A stretch of DNA of 64,000 nt from Candidatus Saccharimonadales bacterium (GCA_040903985.1 JBBDUI010000002.1:599633-663632); one strand, 5' to 3'. Positions 1-9,580 are shown, counted from the stretch's first letter. Notes: generated by a model from the letters alone, not told the origin. Program-made: numbers and translations.

Positions 1-602
1 GCGGTTTGGGGGTCAATATCGTTTTGGGGATCGTATACGTTCCAGATGCGACAACCCTGTACGATTGAGTCCGAAGAGTACTGCTTAATACCATCGTGGT
101 AGCAATCATAGATATTACAGCCTACAGCAGCGAGTCGCGCATTAGCTGCGGTCCAGTAAATACCGTTCTCGCCCCCGCCGCCGGCACCTACGGCCTGCGA
201 ATGCTGACAGTACCAAGAGATGATTCGGTCGTTGCCGTTATCCCAGCCCGATCCTGCATGAAGGCGGAGCTCACGTTCAAATTTTAGACCCACAAACACT
301 ATCCGAGAACACCCCTCCATGGATAGTCTCTCATTGATAACCACGTTGCCTGGTGTTTCCGCCTTAAGAATCAACCAGTCGTCGTGGGTGGCATCGGCTA
401 GTAGACCGGCGCTATAGGTGCCGTTGGGTATGACTATAGTCTGTCCGCCGCTTTGATCAACGTAGGTTCTAAAATCGGGGCCCAGGTCGAGGGGCTCAGG
501 ATCTCCTGGTCCAGCACTCTGCTCCCACGCTACAGTAGAACCACTTTGAGCATTGACCCAACGGTTATTATCGGGATCGGCAAAGAAAGTATCTAAACTC
601 AT
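1..602 (-). CDS. Partial CDS running off the window; putative right-handed beta-helix (pectin-lyase/tailspike-like) protein
   Basis: Not in the ORF track. Manual translation from ATG at 602 is open to the window edge (MSLDTFFADPDNNRW...GQTIVIPNGTYSAG...WLILKAETPGNVVI...GCNIYDCYHDGIK...VQGCRIWNVYD). Start overlaps the stop of 599..1174 (ATGA). Confidence 0.75.
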   Translation of the reverse strand, partial: MSLDTFFADPDNNRWVNAQSGSTVAWEQSAGPGDPEPLDLGPDFRTYVDQSGGQTIVIPNGTYSAGLLADATHDDWLILKAETPGNVVINERLSMEGCSRIVFVGLKFERELRLHAGSGWDNGNDRIISWYCQHSQAVGAGGGGENGIYWTAANARLAAVGCNIYDCYHDGIKQYSSDSIVQGCRIWNVYDPQNDIDPQT

Positions 603-1174
603 TCTGATGGTTTGACGAGACGGTCGCCAGAGTTAATATTAGCAGGAGTGGCGATTCCATTTTCGGGATCGGCCGGGTCTGAAGTATTAGATAGGCCAAC
701 GAAGACAATCGGATTGATTCCAGCTGACCTGGCCGGTGCGTCAGCAGACCAAACACCGGCTGCTGTCTCAATAATTGTAAGGCCCACCAAACTTGTTACT
801 CCGGCTCCGTTGTCAATTTCGGCTTTAGTGTAATAATCGGTGAGATCCGGCGTGGCCTTGAGGGTGTAGTTACCGTCCTCTGTTGTTGGAACCATGTCAT
901 CCGCTGCTTCAGTCGGGTCGGGTAGATTACCCTCACTACTTACGCCGCTCACCATATCATCTACGTACTGCTTAGTAGCGGCGTGAAGATCATTGGCGGG
1001 ATCGTCATTAAGGATGAGTGGGCCGGTTAAGGTGCCACCGTTGATGTCGAGTTTATTATCGATCTCAGCACCGCGTTTAAGTGTTCCATCGGAATTATGT
1101 TCAACGAGAAGATACTCGTTAAGGATATCTCCCCATACTCCTTGATCGGAACCTGGTATTGGTAGGCGCGCCAT
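599..1174 (-). CDS. RLPIPG-tag fibre-like protein 1 (191 aa)
   Basis: N-terminal MARLPIPGSDQGVWGDILNEYL; HAATKQYVD fibre neck motif; YYTKAEID tail-fibre-type motif. Confidence 0.85.
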   Translation of the reverse strand: MARLPIPGSDQGVWGDILNEYLLVEHNSDGTLKRGAEIDNKLDINGGTLTGPLILNDDPANDLHAATKQYVDDMVSGVSSEGNLPDPTEAADDMVPTTEDGNYTLKATPDLTDYYTKAEIDNGAGVTSLVGLTIIETAAGVWSADAPARSAGINPIVFVGLSNTSDPADPENGIATPANINSGDRLVKPSE

Positions 1175-1322
1175 AGGCAGTCTCCCCCGTGTTTATTTTC
1201 TAACTGCCTACGCTTATAGACACAAGTGAAGAGACGGGCTTAAGCTGTTGCATTTTAGCTTAATACTCATCTTCACTTTCTAATCTCACTCAGGCTTTAT
1301 GTATCCGATGAGTAAGGGCTTG

Positions 1323-1721
1323 TTAACCATCTAGGGGATCAACAAATCTAAGCTTAGTCCATTCACCAGTTGAGGGCTCATACGAGGCTAAATGTGCGAA
1401 GTAGATGGGCTGTTGCAGATGCTCTGGTATGAACTCTAGATCACCGTCTAGGGTTACCGCTAGGACGTGTTTAACTGTAGCTGCGCTAGGATCAAGGGTG
1501 AGGTTGTGCGTGGTAGCCATCGCGCTACATTTACCCTCTAGCTGATCACAAGTGGTAGCAGGAAGTAAGCTGTTTGATTGCTCAGCCATGAGCTGGCGGC
1601 ACGGGCGTAAGCCGGACAACTCTTGGATTATAACTGTTAGTGATCCATCAGTTACTTCGAAATCGCACCATGGGGTGGGGTGATTAGGATCGCGTCGAGA
1701 GACAATAGTCGAATCTATCAT
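1323..1721 (-). CDS. Hypothetical protein coupled to RLPIPG protein 2 (possible fibre partner or chaperone)
   Basis: 132-aa ORF; ATG overlaps the TAA of 1721..2458 (TAATG). Confidence 0.65.
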   Translation of the reverse strand: MIDSTIVSRRDPNHPTPWCDFEVTDGSLTVIIQELSGLRPCRQLMAEQSNSLLPATTCDQLEGKCSAMATTHNLTLDPSAATVKHVLAVTLDGDLEFIPEHLQQPIYFAHLASYEPSTGEWTKLRFVDPLDG

Positions 1722-2458
1722 TAGGTGCTCTCCATGGCGATAAGTGATTTACGAACGGCTGAAAAAGTATTATACGCACTGGCTCCAGTGGTAGAGCGAC
1801 TATAAACCTGAGCGAATGCCTGGTCTTGATTATTGGGATGCGCGGCTACTGTAACTACTGGGACTGTATTGAAGGCAGTGGTCCAGGTTACTGATTCGCT
1901 CTGAGCGGAACCGGCTGTAATTTTGGCTTCTATATGTGGTATGGGGGGTAAGTCAGCGTAAGCTAGGGCAGTCCCGGCGCCGTTGACTGTCGGCACTTGA
2001 CCCACTGTACCGATGGGGAGTCGGGTAGTGGTTGTGCCGTTGTGAGTTAAAAGATCACCTGATGTAGTAAGAGGAGTAGCACTCCCAAAAGCTACTCCGC
2101 CGCTTCCATCCGGTTGCAGTACTTTGCTAGCATCAACTTCCGTAGCGGCAAGTGACTCAATAACTAGCTCATCACTACCACCATTCTGGTGGCTAGCGGC
2201 ATGGGCACTAACCCCCAGGCTATCGACGTATCCTTTGGTAGCTGCATCACTATTATCGATAGGATTAGCTAGTCCAATGATGCGGTTACTACCTAAGTTA
2301 AGATTACCGCTCATAGTGCCACCACTTAGATTAAGTTTGGCATCTATATCACCCCCTCGCTTCAAGGTTCCGTCTGAGTCAAGCTCTACTTCAAGAAACT
2401 CATTGAGTATATGGCCCCAGGTTCCTTCATCGGCGCCCGGGATAGGTAATCGTGGCAT
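1721..2458 (-). CDS. RLPIPG-tag fibre-like protein 2 (245 aa)
   Basis: MPRLPIPGADEGTWGHILNEFL; DAATKGYVD; TTSGDLL..RLPIGTVGQV tail-fibre-type motif; C-terminal VTWTTAFNTVPVVTV resembles H-type-lectin/gp53-like tips. Confidence 0.85.
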   Translation of the reverse strand: MPRLPIPGADEGTWGHILNEFLEVELDSDGTLKRGGDIDAKLNLSGGTMSGNLNLGSNRIIGLANPIDNSDAATKGYVDSLGVSAHAASHQNGGSDELVIESLAATEVDASKVLQPDGSGGVAFGSATPLTTSGDLLTHNGTTTTRLPIGTVGQVPTVNGAGTALAYADLPPIPHIEAKITAGSAQSESVTWTTAFNTVPVVTVAAHPNNQDQAFAQVYSRSTTGASAYNTFSAVRKSLIAMEST

Positions 2459-2729
2459 GGTGTGCTTGTATCCTTGTTTATTTCTTTGAAATACTCTTAA
2501 AAGAGGTGCAGCACACCTTAACTGTATCGCGGTTATGGTTTAGGGACAAGGGGGTGAACCTCCACCTGCCGGTAAAACTTATTTTTCTCGAGATACACCA
2601 AAGAGCTCTCAGCTGTTGCCCTTCGACATTGTTTACTTGCTGCAGGTGTCGGGTGTATATAGATGCAGAAAGCTTCAGTTACTGATCGATACAATGGTTC
2701 AACTAGGTATTACGGCGTAGAGGCCTGGC

Positions 2730-4232
2730 CTAATAGTGGCTAGCCTCTGGGGCTAGGAGCAGAGCCTCGGGCAGAGAATGTGGAAAAGTTATTGTAGATA
2801 GTTGTACGACACTTGTTGAGTAGGGTGTGAAGTACAGCTTGCCGTTAGGAGCTGCACACGCCCCTGAATTACTGATCCCAGAGCCGCTATAGATCTCCTC
2901 GACTTCTCCGGTAATCAAGTCACAAGCCACAAAGGCTGCCGGGACCGCGCTGCGATAGAAGTAGAGTCGTCCATCGTGCCCTAGCGCACCTGATCGGAAT
3001 ACCGCAGTTGTGGCGGGATGGACGAACTCTGCAGTCTGAGTCCACGGGTCAATACGAATATACCCCAGAGTCGCTGCAGTTGAAGAAGAGGGAAACAAAT
3101 ACACTGCACCATCAGGGCCAACACACCCGCCCACCCACTGACGGTTCGATTCCCCTTGAGCTCGGTCAAGCCCATAGTTTGTCTGCCAGGCTTCTTCAGT
3201 CTCGGGATCAATAACCAAGATGCCGTCCAGCGTATTTTGCAGACCATATGGAGCACAGTAGATCAACCCGTCAGGACCGAGCACTCCACCATGATATTTG
3301 AAGGACGCAGGCATATCTAGGCCCGGATCCCACCGCTTGGCGGTCCCTGCCACAGTGTCGATAATCAAGATATCGGTAGCGTTATACGGGATGCCCACAA
3401 TCTTGCCGGTAGCTGTTACTGCTGACCCATACCACTTGCCAGTGCCCGATAGGTCAAGGCCAAAGTTCTCAAGAGTAGCGGTGTTATCAGAAGGGTTAAT
3501 CACCAAGGAGAACTCACTGCTAGAGGGCATAGAGTAGACCTTGCCATCCAGGCCTAGTTGACCGCCCATCCATTTTGTGGAATCTGACATATCTAGTCCG
3601 AAATTTTCGAGAGTTGCCGTGTCGTTTGTCGAATCCACAACGATTACATTGTCGAAATTGCGAGGAAGCATATAGATCCGGCCATCAGGCGTAAGTACGC
3701 CACCACCCTCACATCGCTGACCAAAGGAGACCAAGCCTAGACCGTAGTCATTCATTGTAGCTACAGCAGAGGCTCCCTGTCGACGCAGGCCATGAACGTG
3801 TTGCTTCAGCAGGGAGACATAAGGCCCTTCATCTACCGTGGCAGAGAGAGGGGCCTTATCATCCAGTGCACTCTGGAGCCCGGAGACGGCGGCTATAGTA
3901 TGTACGCTACTGCCACTTGCATGATCGGAGAGTTCACTATCGGTGTAGCTCTCAGCTGTAGCTTCAGCTGCCGCTTGGGCCGCACCCACTAGACTGTCAA
4001 CGTAGGTCTTAGTTACGGCGTCTTGGGGGTCTTCTGGATCGGCTAGTCCGAGAATGCGGTTACTACTAAGTAATAACGGTCCAGTTAGAGTGCCGCCAGA
4101 TAAGCCAAGCTTACTGTCGATGTCACTACTGCGCTTTAGGCTACCGTCTGAATTCAGCTCGACACTCAAGAACTCGTTGAGAATATCACCCCAAACACCT
4201 TTATCCGAGCCAGGTATAGGTAGTCGAGCCAT
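2730..4232 (-). CDS. RLPIPG-tag fibre-like protein 3 with C-terminal beta-propeller-like repeats (500 aa)
   Basis: MARLPIPGSDKGVWGDILNEFL; DAVTKTYVD; HTIAAVSGLQSALDDK phage tail repeat; about seven GxxxxxDGxIYxxP-type blades. Confidence 0.85.
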   Translation of the reverse strand: MARLPIPGSDKGVWGDILNEFLSVELNSDGSLKRSSDIDSKLGLSGGTLTGPLLLSSNRILGLADPEDPQDAVTKTYVDSLVGAAQAAAEATAESYTDSELSDHASGSSVHTIAAVSGLQSALDDKAPLSATVDEGPYVSLLKQHVHGLRRQGASAVATMNDYGLGLVSFGQRCEGGGVLTPDGRIYMLPRNFDNVIVVDSTNDTATLENFGLDMSDSTKWMGGQLGLDGKVYSMPSSSEFSLVINPSDNTATLENFGLDLSGTGKWYGSAVTATGKIVGIPYNATDILIIDTVAGTAKRWDPGLDMPASFKYHGGVLGPDGLIYCAPYGLQNTLDGILVIDPETEEAWQTNYGLDRAQGESNRQWVGGCVGPDGAVYLFPSSSTAATLGYIRIDPWTQTAEFVHPATTAVFRSGALGHDGRLYFYRSAVPAAFVACDLITGEVEEIYSGSGISNSGACAAPNGKLYFTPYSTSVVQLSTITFPHSLPEALLLAPEASHY

Positions 4233-4404
4233 AGTTTGTGTTGCCGCCCCTTGCTTGGACTAACTGCCACGTTATTTTATAATGTTTATGGTAGCTTAAA
4301 TCAGGTTTTAGGGCAAGGCGAAGTAAATCTCGGCCAGTAAAGCTCCCGTATTGTTATGTAGCAGAAGAAGCATTCACTGGGTCTGTTCTATATAACTACT
4401 GAGA

Positions 4405-4782
4405 TTAAGCACTCATGTTAAGCCGTTCTTTTACTTTAGTCACGATGTCTTCTAGCTCCCAATCGGCCTTGGTGAGATAGTCGGTTACACCTAGGTTTAA
4501 GAAATCCAGCACTTTATCACTAGTGTCAGAGTTGGTCAGCACCATGACTATGACTTTATCCCCATCGGGTAGCGCGCGCAGTTTTGTCAGCATCTCCTTG
4601 CCATCCATATTCGGCATGAGAATATCGAGTAATATAACGTCCGGTAGCCATGACTCAATGGTTGCAAGCGCTACCGCGCCGTCATCAGCGACTTTGACAA
4701 TAAACCCTTCATCTTCAAAGGTATCACTCAGTACATTGCGCAGCGATTTATTGTCTTCAACGATCAGTATTTTTTTATCCAT
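4405..4782 (-). CDS. Single-domain response regulator (receiver)
   Basis: KILIVEDN, DVILLDILMPNMDG, LTN, K motifs. Confidence 0.95.
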   Translation of the reverse strand: MDKKILIVEDNKSLRNVLSDTFEDEGFIVKVADDGAVALATIESWLPDVILLDILMPNMDGKEMLTKLRALPDGDKVIVMVLTNSDTSDKVLDFLNLGVTDYLTKADWELEDIVTKVKERLNMSA

Positions 4783-4784
4783 AG

Positions 4785-6566
4785 CTATTCCTCACTTGTT
4801 TTGGCCATTATATCATTATCCTGGTCTGGTATAGTGACTGAGAATTGGGTGCCTTTGCCAATCTTAGAGTCGAACCAGATCTCTCCGCCCAGCCGATCGA
4901 TAGCCGCTTTTGCAGTGTAGAGGCCCAGACCGGTGCCTTCTTCGCTACCAGTTACGGCATTTTTAGCGCGGAACAATTTAGTAAAGAGCTTCGACTGCTC
5001 ACCGGAAGGTATACCTATACCTGAATCCTCTATACTGATGACGGCACCACCTTTCAGATGCTCAGATTTACCAGAGTACGGTACTGAGGTTAGAGTGATC
5101 TCTCCGTCGGATGGGGTATATTTCACGGCGTTGGATATGAGGTTTTGCACTACCATCTCTAATAACCTCATATCCGATTTCAAGGCTAGTTTAGGTGCTA
5201 GCTTAGTAGTTACTTTTAGCGACTTCTCTTTAATTAGTGGCTGGAGATCATTGAGGGCTTCCTCGATGGCAGTGTTGGGATCGATAGTCTCAAGCTGCAG
5301 TTTAGCCGTTTTGAGCTCTAGGCGAGATACATTTAGGTAGTCACTAAGCAGGCCGGTGAGGCGAGCGCTATCTTCATGGATAGTTTCGAGGTAGCCGCGT
5401 TCTTTGGGCTTGAGATCAGTGCTTCTCAGTAATCGTTCGGTGTACCATTTAATCGCGCTTAAAGGTGTACGCAGCTGGTGGGAAGCTAGAGAGACGAACT
5501 CGTCTTTGGCCCGTGCGATAGCCTGTTCCTCGCTAATGTCGTGGAACACTTCAATCGCGCCAATGTGCTGATTATCTAGCACGATAGGTGTTGAGGTAAT
5601 AGCTACCGGCACCGGCTGGCCGTTGTAGTTGTGATAGTAGTAGGTGTCTTCATGTTCCGAGGTTTGAGTGGCCAGGGTTTTAAGCAGGGGTGTGTGTTTA
5701 GTCGGTATGACATGGCCCGTTTCATTATATAGACGGAACATCTCCGAGTAGCTTTTACCGATGAGGTTGCTTTCGTAGTAGTTAAACATCCGCTCCACTG
5801 TCGGATTGACCATAATAATACGTCCTTTAGAGTCGACAGCAATTACACCTTCGCCGATGCTTTGGAGCAGGGCAACGTCACGGGCTTTTTTACGCTCTAG
5901 AGTATCTAGGTTATTTTTCAATGATTCACTGATGATTTTACGCTGCCTGATCTCATCCTGCAGCTGGGTGTAGATATCGGCCAGTTGCTGTTCTCGCTCC
6001 TGGAAAAGGCTGGCCTTCTGGTCCAGGCTATCTTGGTAGAAGTAGAGGAAGCCGGCCACCAAGGAAACACTAAGTATCAACTGCTGGAATGTGCCGGCAT
6101 CGTAGGAGATAGTGAAGACTGCGATAGCGCCGATATCTACCGCCAGGAACATAGCCGCGAGGATTAAAACCAGAATTAACAGCCAGATACTGCCCCCCCT
6201 CTTACCCTTAAGGAAGGTCGCAACTACCGGGAAGATGAAGAACCAGAAGATAGTGCTATTACTTAACCCGCTAGAGAGAATAGAGGAGAGCACGACCGAC
6301 AGGCAGAGTAGTATGACTAGCGAAGAAGCTAGATCGTATGAGTAGCGTTTGAGGATCCAGAGACTCAGCCACAGGCCTAGTAGTACCAGACAGTTAAAGA
6401 CGGCCAGAGACAGGGCGTCGATAATGATAAAGTAGCCACTCTGACCGATTATCAGGGCGACTAGTAGCAGTACAAAGCGGTGCAGGAATTTCTCTTGATA
6501 AGCGGTATCTACCAGCTCGTTAACCGGCGTCTTGCGTTCTTTGCCTTCGTATTTCATATTAAGCAT
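4785..6566 (-). CDS. Membrane PAS-domain sensor histidine kinase
   Basis: N-terminal TM helices, PAS, H-box SHQLRTPL, N-box NLISNAVKY, DSGIGI, GTGLGL. Confidence 0.95.
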   Translation of the reverse strand: MLNMKYEGKERKTPVNELVDTAYQEKFLHRFVLLLVALIIGQSGYFIIIDALSLAVFNCLVLLGLWLSLWILKRYSYDLASSLVILLCLSVVLSSILSSGLSNSTIFWFFIFPVVATFLKGKRGGSIWLLILVLILAAMFLAVDIGAIAVFTISYDAGTFQQLILSVSLVAGFLYFYQDSLDQKASLFQEREQQLADIYTQLQDEIRQRKIISESLKNNLDTLERKKARDVALLQSIGEGVIAVDSKGRIIMVNPTVERMFNYYESNLIGKSYSEMFRLYNETGHVIPTKHTPLLKTLATQTSEHEDTYYYHNYNGQPVPVAITSTPIVLDNQHIGAIEVFHDISEEQAIARAKDEFVSLASHQLRTPLSAIKWYTERLLRSTDLKPKERGYLETIHEDSARLTGLLSDYLNVSRLELKTAKLQLETIDPNTAIEEALNDLQPLIKEKSLKVTTKLAPKLALKSDMRLLEMVVQNLISNAVKYTPSDGEITLTSVPYSGKSEHLKGGAVISIEDSGIGIPSGEQSKLFTKLFRAKNAVTGSEEGTGLGLYTAKAAIDRLGGEIWFDSKIGKGTQFSVTIPDQDNDIMAKTSEE

Positions 6567-6694
6567 AATCGTTATCTACGATTGTAGCATGGGAAGTATC
6601 TTAACTTGCGTTAAACATCAGGGGAATCTACACTTTATGGGTGGTATAGTATGACGAGTTTCATGTAAGCTGGTAGTGCTTTCCATTATTTTGG

Positions 6695-6770
6695 GGCGAG
6701 ATAGCTCAGTTGGTAGAGCAGTGGCCTGAAGAGCCTCGTGTCCTCGGTTCGAATCCGAGTCTCGCCACCA
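6695..6770 (+). tRNA. tRNA-Phe(GAA)
   Basis: 76-nt cloverleaf, anticodon loop CTGAAGA, T-arm GGTTCGAATCC, CCA end. Confidence 0.97.
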
Positions 6771-6945
6771 TAAGTATGAACTGACCGAAGCGTCAGTTCA
6801 TACTTATGGATGACTAAAAGTCATGGATTCGAACCGAAACCCCGCCTTGGCGGGGCGGTACGCTGAAGCGATACAGCGCGCAGTTGCTCGCAGCGAGCAC
6901 TGTTGAGCGGAAATCGCGCAAGCGATAATCCGAGTCTCGCCACCA
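6752..6945. mobile_element. Miniature non-coding tRNA-linked insert flanked by a 19-bp direct repeat of the tRNA-Phe 3' end
   Basis: AATCCGAGTCTCGCCACCA at 6752-6770 and 6927-6945; internal hairpins. Confidence 0.6.
6768..6809. repeat. 18-bp perfect inverted repeat that includes the tRNA CCA
   Basis: CCATAAGTATGAACTGAC-cgaagc-GTCAGTTCATACTTATGG. Confidence 0.9.
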
Positions 6946-6960
6946 CGCCAGACTAAACCC

Positions 6961-6993
6961 ACAGCTTCCGCAAAAACAGCGGAAGCTGTTTTT
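6961..6993 (+). terminator. Probable intrinsic terminator
   Basis: ACAGCTTCCGC-aaaaaca-GCGGAAGCTGT followed by a T run. Confidence 0.65.
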
Positions 6994-7015
6994 GCTTCCA
7001 GCTTTCAGTTTGTCC

Positions 7016-7057
7016 TCCTCTTCCGATTAAAACGTTACTGTTTTAATCGGAAGAGGA
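7016..7057. repeat. 18-bp perfect inverted repeat
   Basis: TCCTCTTCCGATTAAAAC-gttact-GTTTTAATCGGAAGAGGA. Confidence 0.9.
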
Positions 7058-7213
7058 CAAGGAGATACTTATGAATGACTGAAAATTATGGACTCGTATC
7101 TGAAGCCCCGCTATAGGCCGGGTGATTCTTTGGAGCGAGCCAGCGCGCAGATACTGTATTTAGCTTTTCGATCGACTTTACTTCTAATTATGATTTACAT
7201 ATATTGGCTATAA

Positions 7214-7822
7214 ATGACGTTTCAATACCGTTGGCCTTGGACCTATAAACTTTTTATTCCTCTTACTCAGCGGAAGCATGTGCTTGAAGCTTTCAAGCAG
7301 GCCGTGGGGGTTGACGTTACCGTTCTTGATGTTGCAGGTGGATTTGGCCATATGAGACGCGCCATGGATAGCTCTGTTATCTACCGAGGGATAGATATTA
7401 ATAAGACATTCATTGCCTATGCACAGAAGCGAGGCACAGACATGCGTTATGGTGATATCTTCTATCCTTCCGCGTATGAATCATCGGATGTCGTTGTCAT
7501 GTCGGACGTGCTACATCACATACCTCGTGATAAATGGCCGGATTTATTGCGCCTTACCCTTAGTAGCGCTCAGCAAAGACTTGTCATTCTGGAGCCGGCC
7601 TTCTTGGGCGTATCGAATCGTAATCGCATGTTCGGTCCTCTAGTGGACTGGTTATTTAAAAAGCTCGACAATGACGGCACTGGAGAAGTTGAGACCTGGT
7701 ATACGAAGGATGAGTACGTCGCTATGCTCGAAGGTGGGCTCGGGCTCAAAGAGGCTGATGAGTTTAGTTTTAGTTGCGAGGATGTATTCCCGTACCTTTT
7801 GATTACTTACAGTAGGAAATAA
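7214..7822 (+). CDS. Class I SAM-dependent methyltransferase
   Basis: VLDVAGGFG motif I, GIDIN, DVLHHI. Confidence 0.85.
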   Translation: MTFQYRWPWTYKLFIPLTQRKHVLEAFKQAVGVDVTVLDVAGGFGHMRRAMDSSVIYRGIDINKTFIAYAQKRGTDMRYGDIFYPSAYESSDVVVMSDVLHHIPRDKWPDLLRLTLSSAQQRLVILEPAFLGVSNRNRMFGPLVDWLFKKLDNDGTGEVETWYTKDEYVAMLEGGLGLKEADEFSFSCEDVFPYLLITYSRK

Positions 7823-7989
7823 TATGAGTGAATCTAACTTCGGCTGATACAGATATCCCGAACACTTACATCCAGATGAGCTTGTATCAGTTATCGTTCT
7901 GCCGTTGCAGAAGGGCAGATACTTTCAAGACCTTAAAAACAGGTCCGTTGCGTAAGGCGCGGTGATTTACTACAATTAATAGGCGTTAT

Positions 7990-8065
7990 GCGGGTGTAGC
8001 TCAGTTGATAGAGCGCGTCCTTGCCAAGGACGAGGCCACGAGTTTGAGTCTCGTCACCCGCACCA
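7990..8065 (+). tRNA. tRNA-Gly(GCC); island integration target
   Basis: 76-nt cloverleaf, anticodon loop TTGCCAA, CCA end; atypical A19 and T56. Confidence 0.92.
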
Positions 8066-9580
8066 AAGTTGAGTTTTAGCGCCGTCAGGCGCTTTTTCTT
8101 TTTCCTCAATTACCAAGTTAAAAGGGTAATTCACGGTATATGACAAGTTTTTATCGTTCAGTTTAAGGTTAGAAACTAGGAATCCTAAGAGCTTGGAACG
8201 CTGCCCCTCATCTGCAAGCTGAAACAGCTCTGAAACTCGACTTACTAAATCTAACAGATATGAAGCGGTTACTAAGAAGTCCTTATTCCCTCTGGTTAGA
8301 ACATTTAGCCTATCATTGAGCTGTTGCTGTCTATTTGTTAATGTCTCTACAATTTTATCGTGTTGTTCTGGTGATATTTTTTCATCTACTAGTTTTTCAA
8401 ACCACATTTCAATTTTTTTGTCGATTGAATCATATTCCTCTCGAACTGATAGTAACGACTGTGAGTAATATTTTTGTTGGTCGTCGTGGTTATCTTTTAG
8501 TTCTTTAATAACTTTGTTTAATAGCTTTTCCGGAATATTTATCCTTTTTACAAGAGCTTCCATAGAGCCTAGTACGAGCGATTCTGCGGTGTTGGGGTTG
8601 CTACACTTAGAATTTGCACACTTGAGGTACACCCAACGTTTACACTGGAACGGGGAAATAGTACGACCACACTTACCGCAGCTTAGAATATCGCTAAAAT
8701 TGAAGTTTAGACTATCCCATTTGGTTTTCATTGATTTGCGCTTGTCTTTAATGAGCTGACACCTATTAAACAAGGCTCGGTCTATTAATGGTGCGTAATT
8801 ATGAGGGTAATCTTTTCCTTTCTGAGTCATCATTCCGTAATAAAACTTATTATTAATTATAGCTTCGACAGCCCCTTTGGATAGGGTAGTTTTACCAGTT
8901 TTACTGCTCGTAAAACCAGCTTTTGCTAATTCTTTAGCGATAAGGCTGTACGGCATTCCTATTGCCCTTAGCTCAAACGCTTTTACAATGTAATGCGCTC
9001 TTTGCTCATCGACCACAATATCTTTTAATGGCTTGTTGGGATTACTAGTAGGTATAGATATGTTTTGATATCCTATTGGCGCCCTGTGAACCCATATACC
9101 ATCATTTAACATCTGTTCAAAACGACGCTTTACATTGTCTCGGCTTGAATCGGAATAGTACTTAGCAAGCAGCATTCCTATACCAAGCCTGAATAAGTCT
9201 GTGGCTGGCGAACTAGATGATATGAATAAATTGTCTGATGGAAAATGTAGTTCTATTTTATCTTTTTCCACGAGCTGTCCCATTATTCTCACTTCTCTCT
9301 GTGAGGCGTCACGAGTAAAACGGTCTATTTTATCAAAGACAATTATCGCCTGTTCATTCAAAGACTGGATTTCATCTTCAATCAAAGAAGCGAATTTTTG
9401 CCTGGCGTCCTTGTAGGCACTTTCATCGAACTCATGGTATCGCCATTCTTTGTCTTTATAGTTCAAAGTTCTAGCATAGTTTTCAAGCCGTTGCTTCTGT
9501 GCGGGTAACGCTTTACGTTGCTGCACGTCCGATACCCTAGCGATTAATAGAATTGGTTTTTTATTGGTAGTAGCATTCAT
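8054..9580 (-). CDS. Large serine recombinase (integrase)
   Basis: ARVS catalytic motif, DKIDRFTR, APIGY recombinase domain, CGKC...C.NSKC zinc ribbon, coiled coil; last codons overlap tRNA-Gly. Confidence 0.95.
   Translation of the reverse strand: MNATTNKKPILLIARVSDVQQRKALPAQKQRLENYARTLNYKDKEWRYHEFDESAYKDARQKFASLIEDEIQSLNEQAIIVFDKIDRFTRDASQREVRIMGQLVEKDKIELHFPSDNLFISSSSPATDLFRLGIGMLLAKYYSDSSRDNVKRRFEQMLNDGIWVHRAPIGYQNISIPTSNPNKPLKDIVVDEQRAHYIVKAFELRAIGMPYSLIAKELAKAGFTSSKTGKTTLSKGAVEAIINNKFYYGMMTQKGKDYPHNYAPLIDRALFNRCQLIKDKRKSMKTKWDSLNFNFSDILSCGKCGRTISPFQCKRWVYLKCANSKCSNPNTAESLVLGSMEALVKRINIPEKLLNKVIKELKDNHDDQQKYYSQSLLSVREEYDSIDKKIEMWFEKLVDEKISPEQHDKIVETLTNRQQQLNDRLNVLTRGNKDFLVTASYLLDLVSRVSELFQLADEGQRSKLLGFLVSNLKLNDKNLSYTVNYPFNLVIEEKEKAPDGAKTQLWCG

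Noticed and set aside
96-287. 63-aa plus-strand ORF
   Set aside because: Antisense to the longer open minus-strand ORF 602..<1.
599-4232. Prophage tail module
   Set aside because: No capsid, terminase, portal, tape measure or lysis genes, and paralogues are scattered among housekeeping genes. Sequence left of the window cannot be seen.
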